The notes under the pieces: model-generated | Told to the model about the DNA's origin: nothing | The model's database searches: none | The model's input: only the letters and a program-made list of their open reading frames with translations | Shown here: positions 19,598 to 30,305 of the stretch, piece after piece | How the letters are laid out: each line of letters opens with the position of its first letter | Position numbering within the stretch: position 1 is the stretch's first letter | Assembly (NCBI GenBank): GCA_035581765.1 | Contig: DATISN010000274.1 | Span: forward strand, 4,234 to 68,233 | Length of the DNA: 64,000 nt | Reading direction: 5' to 3' | Source of the DNA: Halomonas sp. | GTDB lineage: Bacteria; Pseudomonadota; Gammaproteobacteria; Pseudomonadales; Halomonadaceae | Translations under genes and position numbers: made by a program

Positions 19598-20062
19598 TCA
19601 GTAGTCCTCGAGTCGTTGCATATCCCTGGCAATCCGTCGCACCTCGGCTTCATGACCCTTGCCGAGTGCCTCAAAGAACGCCTTCTCGTCACTGATACCG
19701 GCCAGTTCGGCGCGATGGGCGTAGAGGTCCTGGAGGGTACGATGGGCCGTCAGGGCAGTCGATAGCACGCTCTGCACGGTCTCGCAGTCGATGCAGTCAG
19801 GCAGGCGCTCGAGCACCGGGGCGTGGGGAAAGTCATTGGGATCGTCGATCCATATCTCGAGCACCTTGCTGTGATCGCTGCCGTCGTTCAGGTAACCGGT
19901 CAGGTCATTCTCCATCTTCTGCTCATGCTCGGCCAGATACTCCAGCGCCATGCGCACGCGCTCGTTAACGCCGCCGCCAGCCAGCGCCGAGAACTGCTGT
20001 GCCAGCCGGCGATGGTAGGCGACCGCCCAAGTCACCAAATCCTTTACCTGATGAAATCGCAT
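19598..20062 (-). CDS. Hypothetical helical protein, possibly ferritin-like
   Basis: 154 aa; two repeats of an H..L...Y/F...L..HE pattern; GAGGAG SD. Confidence 0.65.
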   Translation of the reverse strand: MRFHQVKDLVTWAVAYHRRLAQQFSALAGGGVNERVRMALEYLAEHEQKMENDLTGYLNDGSDHSKVLEIWIDDPNDFPHAPVLERLPDCIDCETVQSVLSTALTAHRTLQDLYAHRAELAGISDEKAFFEALGKGHEAEVRRIARDMQRLEDY

Positions 20063-20179
20063 GTGGCACTCCTCTCGTCATTGTCATCGCGACCACGGTG
20101 TCGATTTACTCCTGACTTCATCCTAGCTAAGCCCGGGGCGGTGTGCTCGATGTATATCAACCTGACAAGATACAAGGCG

Positions 20180-20653
20180 TTAGAGCAGAAGGCTGGCATC
20201 AACTGGTACAAAACAACTCGCCGCGCGGATCAATGAATCGGCGCTGAGCGACTCCACACCCACCACATCGACCGTGACGCCATGGCGTTCGCGCATCCTG
20301 TCCACCAGGATGTCGAAGTCGCCATCGCCGGAAACCAGCACCACACGATCGACTCGCGGTGCTGCCTCGATGGCATCAAGCGCGATACCGACGTCCCAAT
20401 CCCCCTTGGCCGAACCATCGCTGCGCTGGATGAAGGGTTTGAGTTTCACGTCGAAGCCGATGCCTCGCAGAATATTCTGGAACTGGCGTTGCCTGGGATC
20501 CCCGCGCTCCACCGCGTAGGCGTTGGCCACGACCACCTCTCGCCCGGCAGCGAAGCGCGCCCAGAAGGCGTTGTAGTCGAAGTGCCGGCCGAAGGCCTGA
20601 CGCGTGGTGTAATAGACGTTCTGAACATCGACGAAGAGAGCGACGCGCTCCAA
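20180..20653 (-). CDS. NYN domain protein (LabA/DUF88)
   Basis: FVDVQN, KGDWDVGIALD, SGDGDF; likely TTG start at 20653. Confidence 0.88.
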   Translation of the reverse strand: MERVALFVDVQNVYYTTRQAFGRHFDYNAFWARFAAGREVVVANAYAVERGDPRQRQFQNILRGIGFDVKLKPFIQRSDGSAKGDWDVGIALDAIEAAPRVDRVVLVSGDGDFDILVDRMRERHGVTVDVVGVESLSADSLIRAASCFVPVDASLLL

Positions 20654-20673
20654 AGGGCTTTCCGTCGATGGGA

Positions 20674-21138
20674 TTACCACTCTTCGCTGGTCTCGCGAAG
20701 CGCGGCTAGCTCCACCTTGGCCTCGCCAAGACACCAGGCCAATTCATCGGCCAATGCCGCACCGCTGCCCGTCGCGATCAGACCCTGAGACGCCCCGCTG
20801 GAGCGTCGGGCCACCCCGTCGCTGCCATGCAGGGCGTCGAGGCGAATCACCAGCCAGGACAGCCAGCTATCGGGGCGGGAGACCAACTCGCGAAGGCGCT
20901 GCAATTCGGCGATCCCGGCGCCTTCGTCGCCCAGCAGCTCCCGCCAGCCGTGACGCTCGAGCCGGGCATGCTCGGTGACCTCGCGCAGCAGCGACTCCAG
21001 TGCCAGCTCGGCCAGTGCCAGCGCGCCCTCTTCGGCCGCCATGCGACGCGGCTCGGCATGCTCGTCAGCGCCCGGGCGCGTCTGAAGCAACAGTTCGGCC
21101 TGGTAGAGCAGTTGATTGGTGCGCGATCTCGGCGTCAC
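20674..21138 (-). CDS. Conserved hypothetical protein downstream of topA (DUF6586-like)
   Basis: [10 protein letters not shown]-terminus, [10 protein letters not shown]; GTGA overlap with the topA stop. Confidence 0.7.
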   Translation of the reverse strand: MTPRSRTNQLLYQAELLLQTRPGADEHAEPRRMAAEEGALALAELALESLLREVTEHARLERHGWRELLGDEGAGIAELQRLRELVSRPDSWLSWLVIRLDALHGSDGVARRSSGASQGLIATGSGAALADELAWCLGEAKVELAALRETSEEW

Positions 21139-23765
21139 TTGCGCTTGTCCTCCACCTGCCACTTGCCGTTGTGGAAGGTCGCCTTCCAGCCGGTGGCCTT
21201 GCCGTCTTCATCGGTCATCACGAACTGCTCTTTGGCCTTTCGTGAGAAACGGATCTGGGCCGGGCGACCATCGGGATCTTCGCCGGGTGCATCGAGCAGG
21301 TAGTGGTACTTCTCGGGCAGCTCATTGGCATGGGACTTGAGCTCGCGCACCAGCGGCGGGCGCGTCTCGCGGTTCTTGGGGAATTTGCTTGCCGCCAGGA
21401 AAAGGCCGCTGGCGCCGTCGCGCAGCACATAGTGGTCTTCCACTTTCTGGCAGGCCAGTTCCGGCATGGGAATAGGGTCCATCTTGGGCGGTGCCACCTC
21501 GCCGCTTCTCAGCAGCTTGCGGGTGTTCTTGCACTCGGCGCTGGTGCAGCCGAAATACTTGCCGAAACGGCCCGACTTGAGCTGCATCTCGCTGCCACAC
21601 TTGTCGCATTCGATGGTCGGGCCGTCGTAGCCCTTGATGCGAAACTTGCCCTGCTCGACCGCATGGCCATCACAATCGGGGCTGTTGCCGCAGATGTGCA
21701 ACTTGCGGGTTTCGTCGATCAGGTAACTGTCCATGGCCGTGCCGCATTTCGGGCAGCGCTGCTTGGCGCGCAGCGCGTTGGTCTCCGCTTCCTCTCCCGC
21801 GTCCTCGGCCACGGCTTCGTCGCCGGGGATCAGATCGATGGTGGTCTTGCAGCGCTCCTTGGGCGGGAGGTTGTACCCCGAGCAGCCCAGAAATACCCCG
21901 GTGGAGGCGGTGCGGATCTGCATCTTGCGGCCACAACTGGGGCAGTCGATATCGGTGGGCACCGGCTGGTTTGGCCTCATGCCCTCTTCGCTCTCGGCCT
22001 TCTCGAGCTCGAGTCGAAACTCGGCATAAAACGCATCCAGCAGTTCCTGCCAGTTGCGCTCGCCCTGGGCGACCTCGTCGAGACTGTTCTCCATGCGCGC
22101 CGTGAAGGAGAAGTCCATCAGATCGGGGAAGGACTCCTTGAGCCTTTCGGTCACGATGTCGCCAAGCTTCTCGGCGTAGAAGCGCCGATTGACCAGCTTG
22201 ACGTAACCGCGATCCTGAATCGTCGAGATGATCGCTGCATAGGTGGAGGGCCGGCCGATACCGCGCTTCTCGAGCTCCTTGACCAGGCTCGCCTCGGTGA
22301 ACCGGGCGGCCGGCTTGGTAAAGTGCTGCAGCGGTTCGAGACGTTCAAGCGTCATGGGGGTGCCTTCGGCGAGATCCGGCAACGACTGATCTTCCTCCTT
22401 GCGCCCCATGGGCTTCATCACCCGGGTGTAGCCATCGAACTTGAGCACGCGGCCCTTGGCCCTGAGCTCATAGCCCGCCACCTGCACGGTCAGCGTGCTG
22501 GACAGGTATTCGGCCGGCGTCATCTGGCAGGCCACGAACTGGCGCCAGATCAGCTCATACAAACGCTCGGCGTCGCGCTCCATGCCGGCAAGCTCGGTTG
22601 ACTGGCGCGCCACCTCGGATGGCCGAATCGCTTCGTGCGCCTCCTGGGCGCCTTCCTTGCTGGAGTAGCGATTGGGCTCCTTGGGAATATAGCGGGCGCC
22701 GTATTCACTGCCGATATAATCGCGAACGCCCTCTACCGCATCCTTGGAAAGATTGGTCGAGTCGGTACGCATATAGGTGATGTAGCCAGCCTCGTAGAGG
22801 CGCTGCGCCAGGGTCATGGTCTTCTTGACCGAGAACCCCAACCGACCGCTGGCCGCCTGCTGCAAGGTCGAGGTGATGAAGGGAGCATTGGGCTTGGAAC
22901 TGGTCGGCTTGTCCTCTCGCGAGGTGATGGCCAGGCTTGCCGTCCTCAGCGCGGCGATACGCTCAAGCGTCTCGTTTTCCGACGTGGGACGAAACGCCTT
23001 GCCATCCTGACGGACCAGCTCGAAGCGCACCGGCTCACCCTCATTCGACACGAGCTCGGCGTGCACGTCCCAGAATTCCTCGGGTACGAAGGCGTGTATC
23101 TCGCGTTCACGCTCGGCGATCAAGCGCATCGCCACGGACTGGACGCGGCCGGCAGAGAGACCCCGGGCCACCTTGGACCAGAGTAGCGGCGACAGCATGA
23201 AACCCACGACACGGTCGAGGAAGCGGCGCGCCTGCTGAGCCTCCACCCGCGGAATATTGAGACTCCCAGGATCCTGGAAGGCTTCCTGGATGGCATTCTT
23301 GGTAATCTCGTTGAACACCACCCGGCGATAACGCGTGTCGTCTCCGCCAATGGTTTCTCGCAGGTGCCAGGCAATGGCCTCACCCTCGCGATCAAGGTCG
23401 GTGGCGAGATAGACCGTATCGGCCTTCTCGGCAAGCTTCTTGAGCTCGGCGACCACCTTCTCCTTGCCAGGCAGTATCTCGTAATGGGCCTCCCAACCGT
23501 GATCCGGGTCGATCCCCATGCGGCGGATAAGCTGGTCATGGCCCTTGCGCTTCTTGTAGACCGCTTTCTCATCCGGCGACATCTTGCGTGTCAATGCCGC
23601 CTGCTTGGCACGTTCCTTGGGGTCGGAGGCCGACTTGCCTGAGCCGCTGGTCGGCAGGTCGCGAATGTGGCCCACACTCGACTTCACGACGAACTCGTTG
23701 CCGAGATATTTATTGATCGTCTTCGCCTTGGCCGGCGACTCGACGATGACCAGTGACTTGCCCAT
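21135..23765 (-). CDS. topA: DNA topoisomerase I
   Basis: [33 protein letters not shown]-terminal zinc ribbons. Confidence 0.98.
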   Translation of the reverse strand: MGKSLVIVESPAKAKTINKYLGNEFVVKSSVGHIRDLPTSGSGKSASDPKERAKQAALTRKMSPDEKAVYKKRKGHDQLIRRMGIDPDHGWEAHYEILPGKEKVVAELKKLAEKADTVYLATDLDREGEAIAWHLRETIGGDDTRYRRVVFNEITKNAIQEAFQDPGSLNIPRVEAQQARRFLDRVVGFMLSPLLWSKVARGLSAGRVQSVAMRLIAEREREIHAFVPEEFWDVHAELVSNEGEPVRFELVRQDGKAFRPTSENETLERIAALRTASLAITSREDKPTSSKPNAPFITSTLQQAASGRLGFSVKKTMTLAQRLYEAGYITYMRTDSTNLSKDAVEGVRDYIGSEYGARYIPKEPNRYSSKEGAQEAHEAIRPSEVARQSTELAGMERDAERLYELIWRQFVACQMTPAEYLSSTLTVQVAGYELRAKGRVLKFDGYTRVMKPMGRKEEDQSLPDLAEGTPMTLERLEPLQHFTKPAARFTEASLVKELEKRGIGRPSTYAAIISTIQDRGYVKLVNRRFYAEKLGDIVTERLKESFPDLMDFSFTARMENSLDEVAQGERNWQELLDAFYAEFRLELEKAESEEGMRPNQPVPTDIDCPSCGRKMQIRTASTGVFLGCSGYNLPPKERCKTTIDLIPGDEAVAEDAGEEAETNALRAKQRCPKCGTAMDSYLIDETRKLHICGNSPDCDGHAVEQGKFRIKGYDGPTIECDKCGSEMQLKSGRFGKYFGCTSAECKNTRKLLRSGEVAPPKMDPIPMPELACQKVEDHYVLRDGASGLFLAASKFPKNRETRPPLVRELKSHANELPEKYHYLLDAPGEDPDGRPAQIRFSRKAKEQFVMTDEDGKATGWKATFHNGKWQVEDKRK

Positions 23766-24001
23766 AGCGCTCCACTATATGGTGGTCTCCTCCGATTCCC
23801 GGAGGGTGAAAAATTCGCTTACCCTACCCCAGCGTCGCCCGCCATGCCAGTCAGATACGGTGCGCGCCAAGCTGGGCGACCTTTCAGACCGTAGACCGAG
23901 AATGCCCACTACAGCAAGGCAGCATATTCACAAATCATATAAAACGCCCCTGCCGACAAGCCGACAGGGGCGATAAGAGACCGTCAGCCGTAAGCCTTAC
24001 C

Positions 24002-26563
24002 TCAAGCCTTGCTGTCCTGGCTGGACGTCTTGCGCTGCCGTTTGGCGGCAGGCTTGCGAGGCGAGGTCTTCTCAGCCGCAGGGGTGGCCAATGCCGGAGA
24101 CTCGGTAGATACCTGGACAGCCTCGGTCGTTGCTTTCGGCTGCGTGACCTGCAACTTCGCATCATCCCGAGCTTCGGGCGCTACCGCAGCCGTTGATGGC
24201 TGATGCTTGGCAGAGGCTTCCTGCTTGGCGTCCTGCCCCGCCACTGCCTTCAGGGCGCGAGGCTTGGCCGGCGTTTTCGGTTTCGTTGCCTTGGCCGCTG
24301 GTGGCTTCTCGCCTTGCGCAGGTTGGCGGGAAGCGTTGGGCTCTTTTTGCGGCGCTGGCTTTGTTTGTTTCGGCACCTGCTTTATCGCTTTATGAAACAA
24401 CGATTTGACATGCTCGAAGCGCTGAGCGGCATGCTCGGAAAGCTCACCGCTGGCCGCCAGCACATGCTTTATATGGGCCAGATGCTCATCGATCTGCGTG
24501 GCCGTCTGGCCTTCGAGCAGTGCCGGCAGCGCTTCCAGCGCCGCCTCACGGTCCAGTCTCAGAATGAAGAACTGATCGCGCATCAGCGTCTTGAAGTCTG
24601 CCAGCTGAATATTCGGCTCCAGTTCCGCGCGCGAGGCACGCAACCGATTGAAGTTGCGCTCATCGGAAGCGGGGGCACCGCCGAGCACATGGATCACCGA
24701 GCGCATCACGGCTTCGTGGCTGCCGCCTTTGGCAATCTTCTCTCGCAGTTCGGCCTGGCGGCGTTCAATAAAGCGACGATGCTCCGGCTCGGCACCCGGG
24801 CGACGACGATGCACATGGGCATCACCCTTTAGCCCTACCAAGGCTTGCAGCAACGGTTGACCGTAGAAGTTCATGAACAACTGCTCGGTGCTGCTGTCGC
24901 GCAGGTCCCGCCAGGCGTTCAGGCTTCGGGCGATCTGGTCTGACATGATGCCTTCCACTGACCGGAAGACGTTCTCGTCACCTACCGGTTGACGGTCGGC
25001 GTTTACCTGTTCGGCCATCACCGGAATTAACGCCATCAGCGGATTACGGTCGGATAGCAGGCGATACCCCAGGCGGTTGGGATGCATGCGACGCATCCAC
25101 TTGGCGGTCTCGGGCGTGGCGGCGGCCTGAATCCAGGGCTGAACGAAGCTCCGATAGAGACCGAGATTGATCTCGGAAATCCGCGCAACGGTTGCGAAGC
25201 GGGTATCGTCCTCGATGCTCGGCTTCACCTCCTCGTTGAGTTCATCGATGGTGCGGGGCTCAAACTCAAGAAGATAGTCGCGCTCGATCAGGTCGGCATC
25301 CTCTCGCTCTGCCGCCGAGGAGATCTTGGTCTCGTAGAGGCCAGGCGGCAACACGTCGATGTAGTCCATGTTGGCGGTGAACTCGGTGTGTTCCTTGCGC
25401 GACACGCTGCCCGAGACAAAAATGCCCAAGTGACCGGTACTGTCATGAACGCAATAGACGATCGTCTGTTCGTTGGCGATGATGTCCTCGACACCTTCGT
25501 AGAGATCGCCGACCCAGCCAAGCGCTTGAGGCGGCGGCGTGATGTCATCACCACGCGAACAGAAGACCACCACCGGCGAGCGCAGATTGCGCAGATCGAT
25601 CCGCCGGCCGTCCGCGGTCACCAACTGCGCCGTGGAAAGCCGATTACCGATAAAGAGATTATCGACGATGTACTGGATTTCCTGACCGCCCAGCACGACA
25701 TGCCCCCCCCACCAGCGTTCGAATTCCAGATAGCGTTCGGCTTCGGTATCCACCTTGGAATAGAGCTGGTACTGCTTGGTCCACCAAGTGTTGGCCGGGT
25801 TGAGTTTCTCAAAGTTCTGCACCAGCCAGGCGCCATCGAACAAGCCAGCGCCCATGTCGCTGAGCATGGTTGTCATCCAGCTGCCACCGGTCATGCCACC
25901 GGTATAACGCATCGGTGCCTTGCCATGTTCTCCGGCCCAATAGGAGAGCGGCGCTCCGGCAATCAGCAACGGGCCGAAGATGTCCGGCTCCAGGGCGGCC
26001 GCCATCATGACCTGCCAGCCCGCCTGGCAATTCGCCACCACCATGGGCTTTTCGGAGGTATCCGGGTGGCGCTCCACGACGTGCCGCACGAAGGCCACCT
26101 CGGCCTCGACGACATCCTCGACGGACTGACCGGGCATCGGATAGGGCAGAAAACCGATGAAGTAACAGGGATGGCCGGCGCGCAGCGCCACGCCGATCTC
26201 GCTATCCGACTTGAAGCCACCGATACCCGGCCCATGACCGGCTCGCGGATCGACCACCACGAAGGGACGAGCTTGCGGATCGGTCTCGACCCCGTCCGGC
26301 GGCAGGATACGCAGCAGTTCATAGTTGACCGGTCGCGGTAACCTCCGGCCATCCATCAATACTTCGGATTCGAAGCCGAGCACGTTGGGCTTTGTCTGCT
26401 CGAGATGCTCGAGATACTGATTGCCTCGAAGACGCATGACATCCATGTAGAGCACGCTGCGCTCCAGCGCATCGCGCCAGTAGTCGCTAGCGGCGCGTCC
26501 GAAGCCGAACGGATCCATGTAAGGCAGCAGCGCTGCCGGGGGAGTCGGCATCAGGGGGATCAT
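24002..26563 (-). CDS. DUF3141 PHA-synthase-like alpha/beta hydrolase with a Lys/Ala/Pro-rich tail
   Basis: DPRAGHGPGIGGFK, ANCQAG (Cys nucleophile), GDDITPP, GHLGIF. Confidence 0.82.
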   Translation of the reverse strand: MIPLMPTPPAALLPYMDPFGFGRAASDYWRDALERSVLYMDVMRLRGNQYLEHLEQTKPNVLGFESEVLMDGRRLPRPVNYELLRILPPDGVETDPQARPFVVVDPRAGHGPGIGGFKSDSEIGVALRAGHPCYFIGFLPYPMPGQSVEDVVEAEVAFVRHVVERHPDTSEKPMVVANCQAGWQVMMAAALEPDIFGPLLIAGAPLSYWAGEHGKAPMRYTGGMTGGSWMTTMLSDMGAGLFDGAWLVQNFEKLNPANTWWTKQYQLYSKVDTEAERYLEFERWWGGHVVLGGQEIQYIVDNLFIGNRLSTAQLVTADGRRIDLRNLRSPVVVFCSRGDDITPPPQALGWVGDLYEGVEDIIANEQTIVYCVHDSTGHLGIFVSGSVSRKEHTEFTANMDYIDVLPPGLYETKISSAAEREDADLIERDYLLEFEPRTIDELNEEVKPSIEDDTRFATVARISEINLGLYRSFVQPWIQAAATPETAKWMRRMHPNRLGYRLLSDRNPLMALIPVMAEQVNADRQPVGDENVFRSVEGIMSDQIARSLNAWRDLRDSSTEQLFMNFYGQPLLQALVGLKGDAHVHRRRPGAEPEHRRFIERRQAELREKIAKGGSHEAVMRSVIHVLGGAPASDERNFNRLRASRAELEPNIQLADFKTLMRDQFFILRLDREAALEALPALLEGQTATQIDEHLAHIKHVLAASGELSEHAAQRFEHVKSLFHKAIKQVPKQTKPAPQKEPNASRQPAQGEKPPAAKATKPKTPAKPRALKAVAGQDAKQEASAKHQPSTAAVAPEARDDAKLQVTQPKATTEAVQVSTESPALATPAAEKTSPRKPAAKRQRKTSSQDSKA

Positions 26564-26617
26564 TATCTGCTCCAGGCATGACGTGGCAGCCAGCCGGCCA
26601 CCACTGTGAGACGTTTT

Positions 26618-26632
26618 TATTGCAACGCAATA
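26618..26632. promoter_or_regulatory. PhaR-box-like palindrome TATTGC-AAC-GCAATA
   Basis: Perfect 6-bp inverted repeat with a TGC-N3-GCA core, ~55 bp upstream of the DUF3141 gene. Confidence 0.5.
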
Positions 26633-26747
26633 TAACGCACTTCGTCCTTTCCCGCGAACCTGTCCAGCCTCGCCGGGATTGTGATAAATTATAAGGCAAT
26701 GACAACGTTACCGTCTGTCAAGTCTTGCGTCTGGTTGAATGCGCCTC

Positions 26748-26789
26748 AGTACTGCCATTCGAGTACTGCCATATGAGTACCGTCATATG
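26748..26789. repeat. Three imperfect 14-bp tandem repeats upstream of lipA
   Basis: AGTACTGCCATTCG / AGTACTGCCATATG / AGTACCGTCATATG. Confidence 0.85.
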
Positions 26790-26848
26790 ACGACGCTCAA
26801 CTTGCCGTCAAGATAGGCAGCCCCCCGAGTGAAGAGGCTCACCTTGTT

Positions 26849-27901
26849 ATGAGCGACAATACCCCGAGACATGTGCCGAGCGGTGAAAAATTCCGTAACG
26901 AGCATGGCATGAGTGTCATCAAGGATGGCATGAAGCAGCGCAAGCAGGCCGAGGACAGCCATACGCTGGGCCGCAAGCCGCAGTGGCTTCGCGCCCAGAT
27001 TCCTGGCGGGGAGCGCTTCGAAGCGGTCAAGAAGAATGTCGCCAAGCACCGGCTCAGTACCGTGTGCGCCGAATCCCACTGCCCCAACATGGGCGAGTGC
27101 TGGAGCAACGGCACCGCCACCATCATGTTGATGGGCTCGGTGTGTACCCGCGCCTGTCGCTTCTGTGCCGTCGATACGGGTAACCCGCGTGGCTGGCTTG
27201 ACCTCGAGGAACCCGAGAACACCGCCAAGTCGGTCGAACTCATGGGGCTTCGCTACATCGTGCTGACCTCGGTGGACCGAGACGATCTCCCCGATGGGGG
27301 TGCCACCCACTATGCCGACTGCATTCGCGCCATCAAGTCGCGTACCCCTGAGGTAGTGGTAGAAGCGCTCACGCCGGACTTCGATGCCGTTCCTGATGCG
27401 ATTGAACGTGTCGTCGATTCGGGGCTGGAAGTCTTTGCCCAGAATGTGGAAACCGTGGAACGATTGACCCGCCGCGTACGCGACCCACGAGCCGGCTACC
27501 GAAAGACACTGGATGTGCTCGCTCACGCCAAGGGGTACCGGCCCGACGTGATCACCAAGACCAGCCTGATGCTCGGCCTCGGTGAAACCGAGGAAGAGAT
27601 CCTTGAAACCTTCGACGACCTGCGCGCAATCGGGGTGGATATCGTGACACTCGGTCAGTACCTTCGGCCCACGCGCAACCACCTGCCCGTCGAGCGCTGG
27701 GTCACGCCGCACGAATTCGACCGCTACCGGACGCTGGGTCTGGAAAAGGGCTTCATGGAAGTGCCTTCCGGCCCCCTGGTACGCTCCAGTTACCGCGCCG
27801 ACCGGGTCTTTGAGAACAACAACCTCGGACTTGCCTCACCAGCCGACGTGCCTGGCCAAGCGCCCGACCTGAACCGGATACCGGTCAGCCATCTCGGTTG
27901 A
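26849..27901 (+). CDS. lipA: Lipoyl synthase
   Basis: [12 protein letters not shown] and CTRACRFC motifs, VRSSY. Confidence 0.96.
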   Translation: MSDNTPRHVPSGEKFRNEHGMSVIKDGMKQRKQAEDSHTLGRKPQWLRAQIPGGERFEAVKKNVAKHRLSTVCAESHCPNMGECWSNGTATIMLMGSVCTRACRFCAVDTGNPRGWLDLEEPENTAKSVELMGLRYIVLTSVDRDDLPDGGATHYADCIRAIKSRTPEVVVEALTPDFDAVPDAIERVVDSGLEVFAQNVETVERLTRRVRDPRAGYRKTLDVLAHAKGYRPDVITKTSLMLGLGETEEEILETFDDLRAIGVDIVTLGQYLRPTRNHLPVERWVTPHEFDRYRTLGLEKGFMEVPSGPLVRSSYRADRVFENNNLGLASPADVPGQAPDLNRIPVSHLG

Positions 27902-27916
27902 GACTTGCGACGCCCA

Positions 27917-27950
27917 CTACAGAGTGGCCCTCTACAGAGCGGCCAGCTAC
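27917..27950. repeat. 15-bp-period tandem repeat between lipA and lipB
   Basis: CTACAGAGTGGCC / CTACAGAGCGGCC / CTAC. Confidence 0.7.
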
Positions 27951-27961
27951 TTTCGGTGCTC

Positions 27962-28624
27962 TCAGTCAAGGGGTTGCTCCGGCACATATCTTAAGCGCCT
28001 TCCCAATTCACTGGCCAGACACTCGGCCAGACGCTCCCCGACGGCTGACACATCGGGGCAGTGAGTGACATGGTCCGCCAGTCGTGTCATGGCAAGACCG
28101 GCATAGCCACAGGGATTGATGCGCGTGAAGGGCGCCAGATCCCCGTTGACGTTGAGCGCCACCCCATGAAAGCTGGCGCCACGGCGGATACGCAGTCCCA
28201 GCGAGGCGATCTTGCTCTCGCCGATGTAGACACCGGGGGCATCCGGCCGCGCCCTGGCAATGACACCTTGCTCAGCCAGCACGGCAATCACCGCCTGTTC
28301 GAGCGCGGTCACCAGATCACGCACGCCGATACGCCCACGGCGGACATCCAGCAGCGGATACAGCACGACCTGTCCCGGGCCATGATAGGTCACCTGACCG
28401 CCGCGATCGGTCTGAACAACGGGAATGTCACCCGCCAGGAGGATATGTTCCGGCCTGCCGGCCTGTCCCTGGGTGAAGACCGGCTCATGCTCCACCAGCC
28501 AGAACTGGTCTTCCGTTGATGGATCCCGCGTATCGGTCAGCTGGCGCATCGCCTCCCAAACCGGCTGATAGGAACGACGCCCAAGGAAATAGACGGCGAT
28601 GGGCATCTCGGCGGCCGCGCTCAT
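27962..28624 (-). CDS. lipB: Octanoyltransferase
   Basis: [33 protein letters not shown]. Confidence 0.96.
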   Translation of the reverse strand: MSAAAEMPIAVYFLGRRSYQPVWEAMRQLTDTRDPSTEDQFWLVEHEPVFTQGQAGRPEHILLAGDIPVVQTDRGGQVTYHGPGQVVLYPLLDVRRGRIGVRDLVTALEQAVIAVLAEQGVIARARPDAPGVYIGESKIASLGLRIRRGASFHGVALNVNGDLAPFTRINPCGYAGLAMTRLADHVTHCPDVSAVGERLAECLASELGRRLRYVPEQPLD

Positions 28625-28938
28625 CAGACCACCATGTGAACGCGTCCGGTGGCTTTGAGATCCACAAACAACGCCTTGATCTGCGTTTCGCCAGTGGCCC
28701 GCAGGGTCAGACGCACCGACTGGAATCGACCGTTGCGACTCGCCACCACCTCGAGTGCCTGCGCATCAAACGTCGCGTCATGCCGAATGACGATCTGACA
28801 CACGATGGCGGCGAAATCCTCCGCGGCGTCTCCGACCACCTTGATCGGATAGTCACAGGGAAACGTGATGACGGGCGGCTCGCTGCCGGGCTGTGTGGTA
28901 ATCGGCTGGCGCAGGTCTCGCAGTGATTTGTCCTTCAT
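28624..28938 (-). CDS. ybeD: YbeD/DUF493 family protein
   Basis: [22 protein letters not shown]; between dacA and lipB. Confidence 0.9.
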   Translation of the reverse strand: MKDKSLRDLRQPITTQPGSEPPVITFPCDYPIKVVGDAAEDFAAIVCQIVIRHDATFDAQALEVVASRNGRFQSVRLTLRATGETQIKALFVDLKATGRVHMVV

Positions 28939-29048
28939 CCTTCCCCCAATAGAAAATCGCCAGAGTCACTGTCCCCAAGGCGTTTCACCAGGACATCTTC
29001 CGAGACCGCCCTGGCTAACGCTCGAGGCATTTGCTTGGGTGACAGGCG

Positions 29049-30257
29049 TCACTCAAACCAGTCGCCGACCAGGTTCGAGAACAGATTGGTGAAAAAACGC
29101 TGCACCTGATCGAAAAGACGCTTGAATATCCCCCCCTCCTCGATACTTTCCAAAGCGACCAACGACCGCTCGCCGACAACCTCGTCGTCGAGGCGAACCT
29201 CGAGGGTCCCTACCTGATCGCCAGTGCTGATGGGCGCCATCAGGTCAGGACGTATATCCAGACGCGCGGTGAGCTCGGCATTGCGGGCACGCGGGACCGT
29301 CATATGAACGTCTTGTCCGACGCCGACACGCAGCTCGTTCTTGTCGCCGCCCCATACCCGCGGCGTGTTGAGCACCGCGCCTCGCTCGTAAAGCTCCAGC
29401 GTCTCGAAATACCGAAAGCCGAAGCTGAGCAGTTTCTGGGTCTCTTGCGCCCGCGCCTCCTCAGAGTCGGTACCCATTACCACCGAGATCAAGCGCATGT
29501 CGTCACGCTTGGCGGACGCTACCAAGCCATAACCCGCTTCGGTGGTCCAGCCGGTCTTGAGGCCGTCCACGCTAGGATCACGCCACAGCAAGCGATTGCG
29601 ATTAGGCTGGTTGATGTCGTTGAAGGTAAATTCCTTCTCGGCATAAATGGCATAGTGCTCAGGATAATCATTGATAATGTGCTGAGCCAGCAACGCCATG
29701 TCGTGTGCCGAGGAATAATGCTCCTCCCCCGGCAGGCCCGTGGCATTGACGAAATTGGTATCGTTCATCCCCAGGCGGGTGGCGTGCTGATTCATCATGT
29801 CGGCGAAGGGCGTTTCGCCACCTGCCAGATATTCCGCCATGGCGACACTGGCATCGTTGCCCGAGGCAATGATGATACCGTTGAGCAGCTGTTCTACCGG
29901 TACCTTTGTGTCAACCTCGATGAACATCTTGGAGCCACCGGTGCGCCACGCCTTCTCACTGACATCGACCATATCGTCCAGGGCGATATTTCCCCGGTCG
30001 AGTTCGCGCTCGACGAGATAGGCGGTCATCAGCTTGGTCAGGCTAGCCGGAGGCAAACGCTCATCGGCATTGTGATTCACCAGCACCCGCCCACTGTCGG
30101 CATCCATCAATATCCACGAGCTGGCCGCGAGTTGGGGCGGCGAAGGAATCATCGTGGGTATCGGCTGAGCCAGAGTGGGCGAGGCTGCCAACAACAAGCA
30201 AAAGCATAGCGAGGCCGGATGCCGTATGACGCTCAGAACAGAAGCAAACACTTTCAT
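29049..30257 (-). CDS. dacA: D-alanyl-D-alanine carboxypeptidase (PBP5/6)
   Basis: PASLTKLM (SxxK), SGN, KTG; start approximate. Confidence 0.93.
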   Translation of the reverse strand: MKVFASVLSVIRHPASLCFCLLLAASPTLAQPIPTMIPSPPQLAASSWILMDADSGRVLVNHNADERLPPASLTKLMTAYLVERELDRGNIALDDMVDVSEKAWRTGGSKMFIEVDTKVPVEQLLNGIIIASGNDASVAMAEYLAGGETPFADMMNQHATRLGMNDTNFVNATGLPGEEHYSSAHDMALLAQHIINDYPEHYAIYAEKEFTFNDINQPNRNRLLWRDPSVDGLKTGWTTEAGYGLVASAKRDDMRLISVVMGTDSEEARAQETQKLLSFGFRYFETLELYERGAVLNTPRVWGGDKNELRVGVGQDVHMTVPRARNAELTARLDIRPDLMAPISTGDQVGTLEVRLDDEVVGERSLVALESIEEGGIFKRLFDQVQRFFTNLFSNLVGDWFE

Positions 30258-30305
30258 GGAGGCAATTCTCATGGGAAATATCAAAATTCTTAATGGCGTC
30301 TTCAA

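Noticed and set aside
19156-21138. NYN plus GIY-YIG cluster as an anti-phage defence island
   Set aside because: NYN sits in a housekeeping run behind topA, the GIY-YIG looks inactive, and there are no mobility genes or evident composition shift
26748-26789. Short repeats as a possible CRISPR array (also 27917-27950 and 58063-58098)
   Set aside because: Units are contiguous 14-18-mers with no spacers, and no cas genes are present
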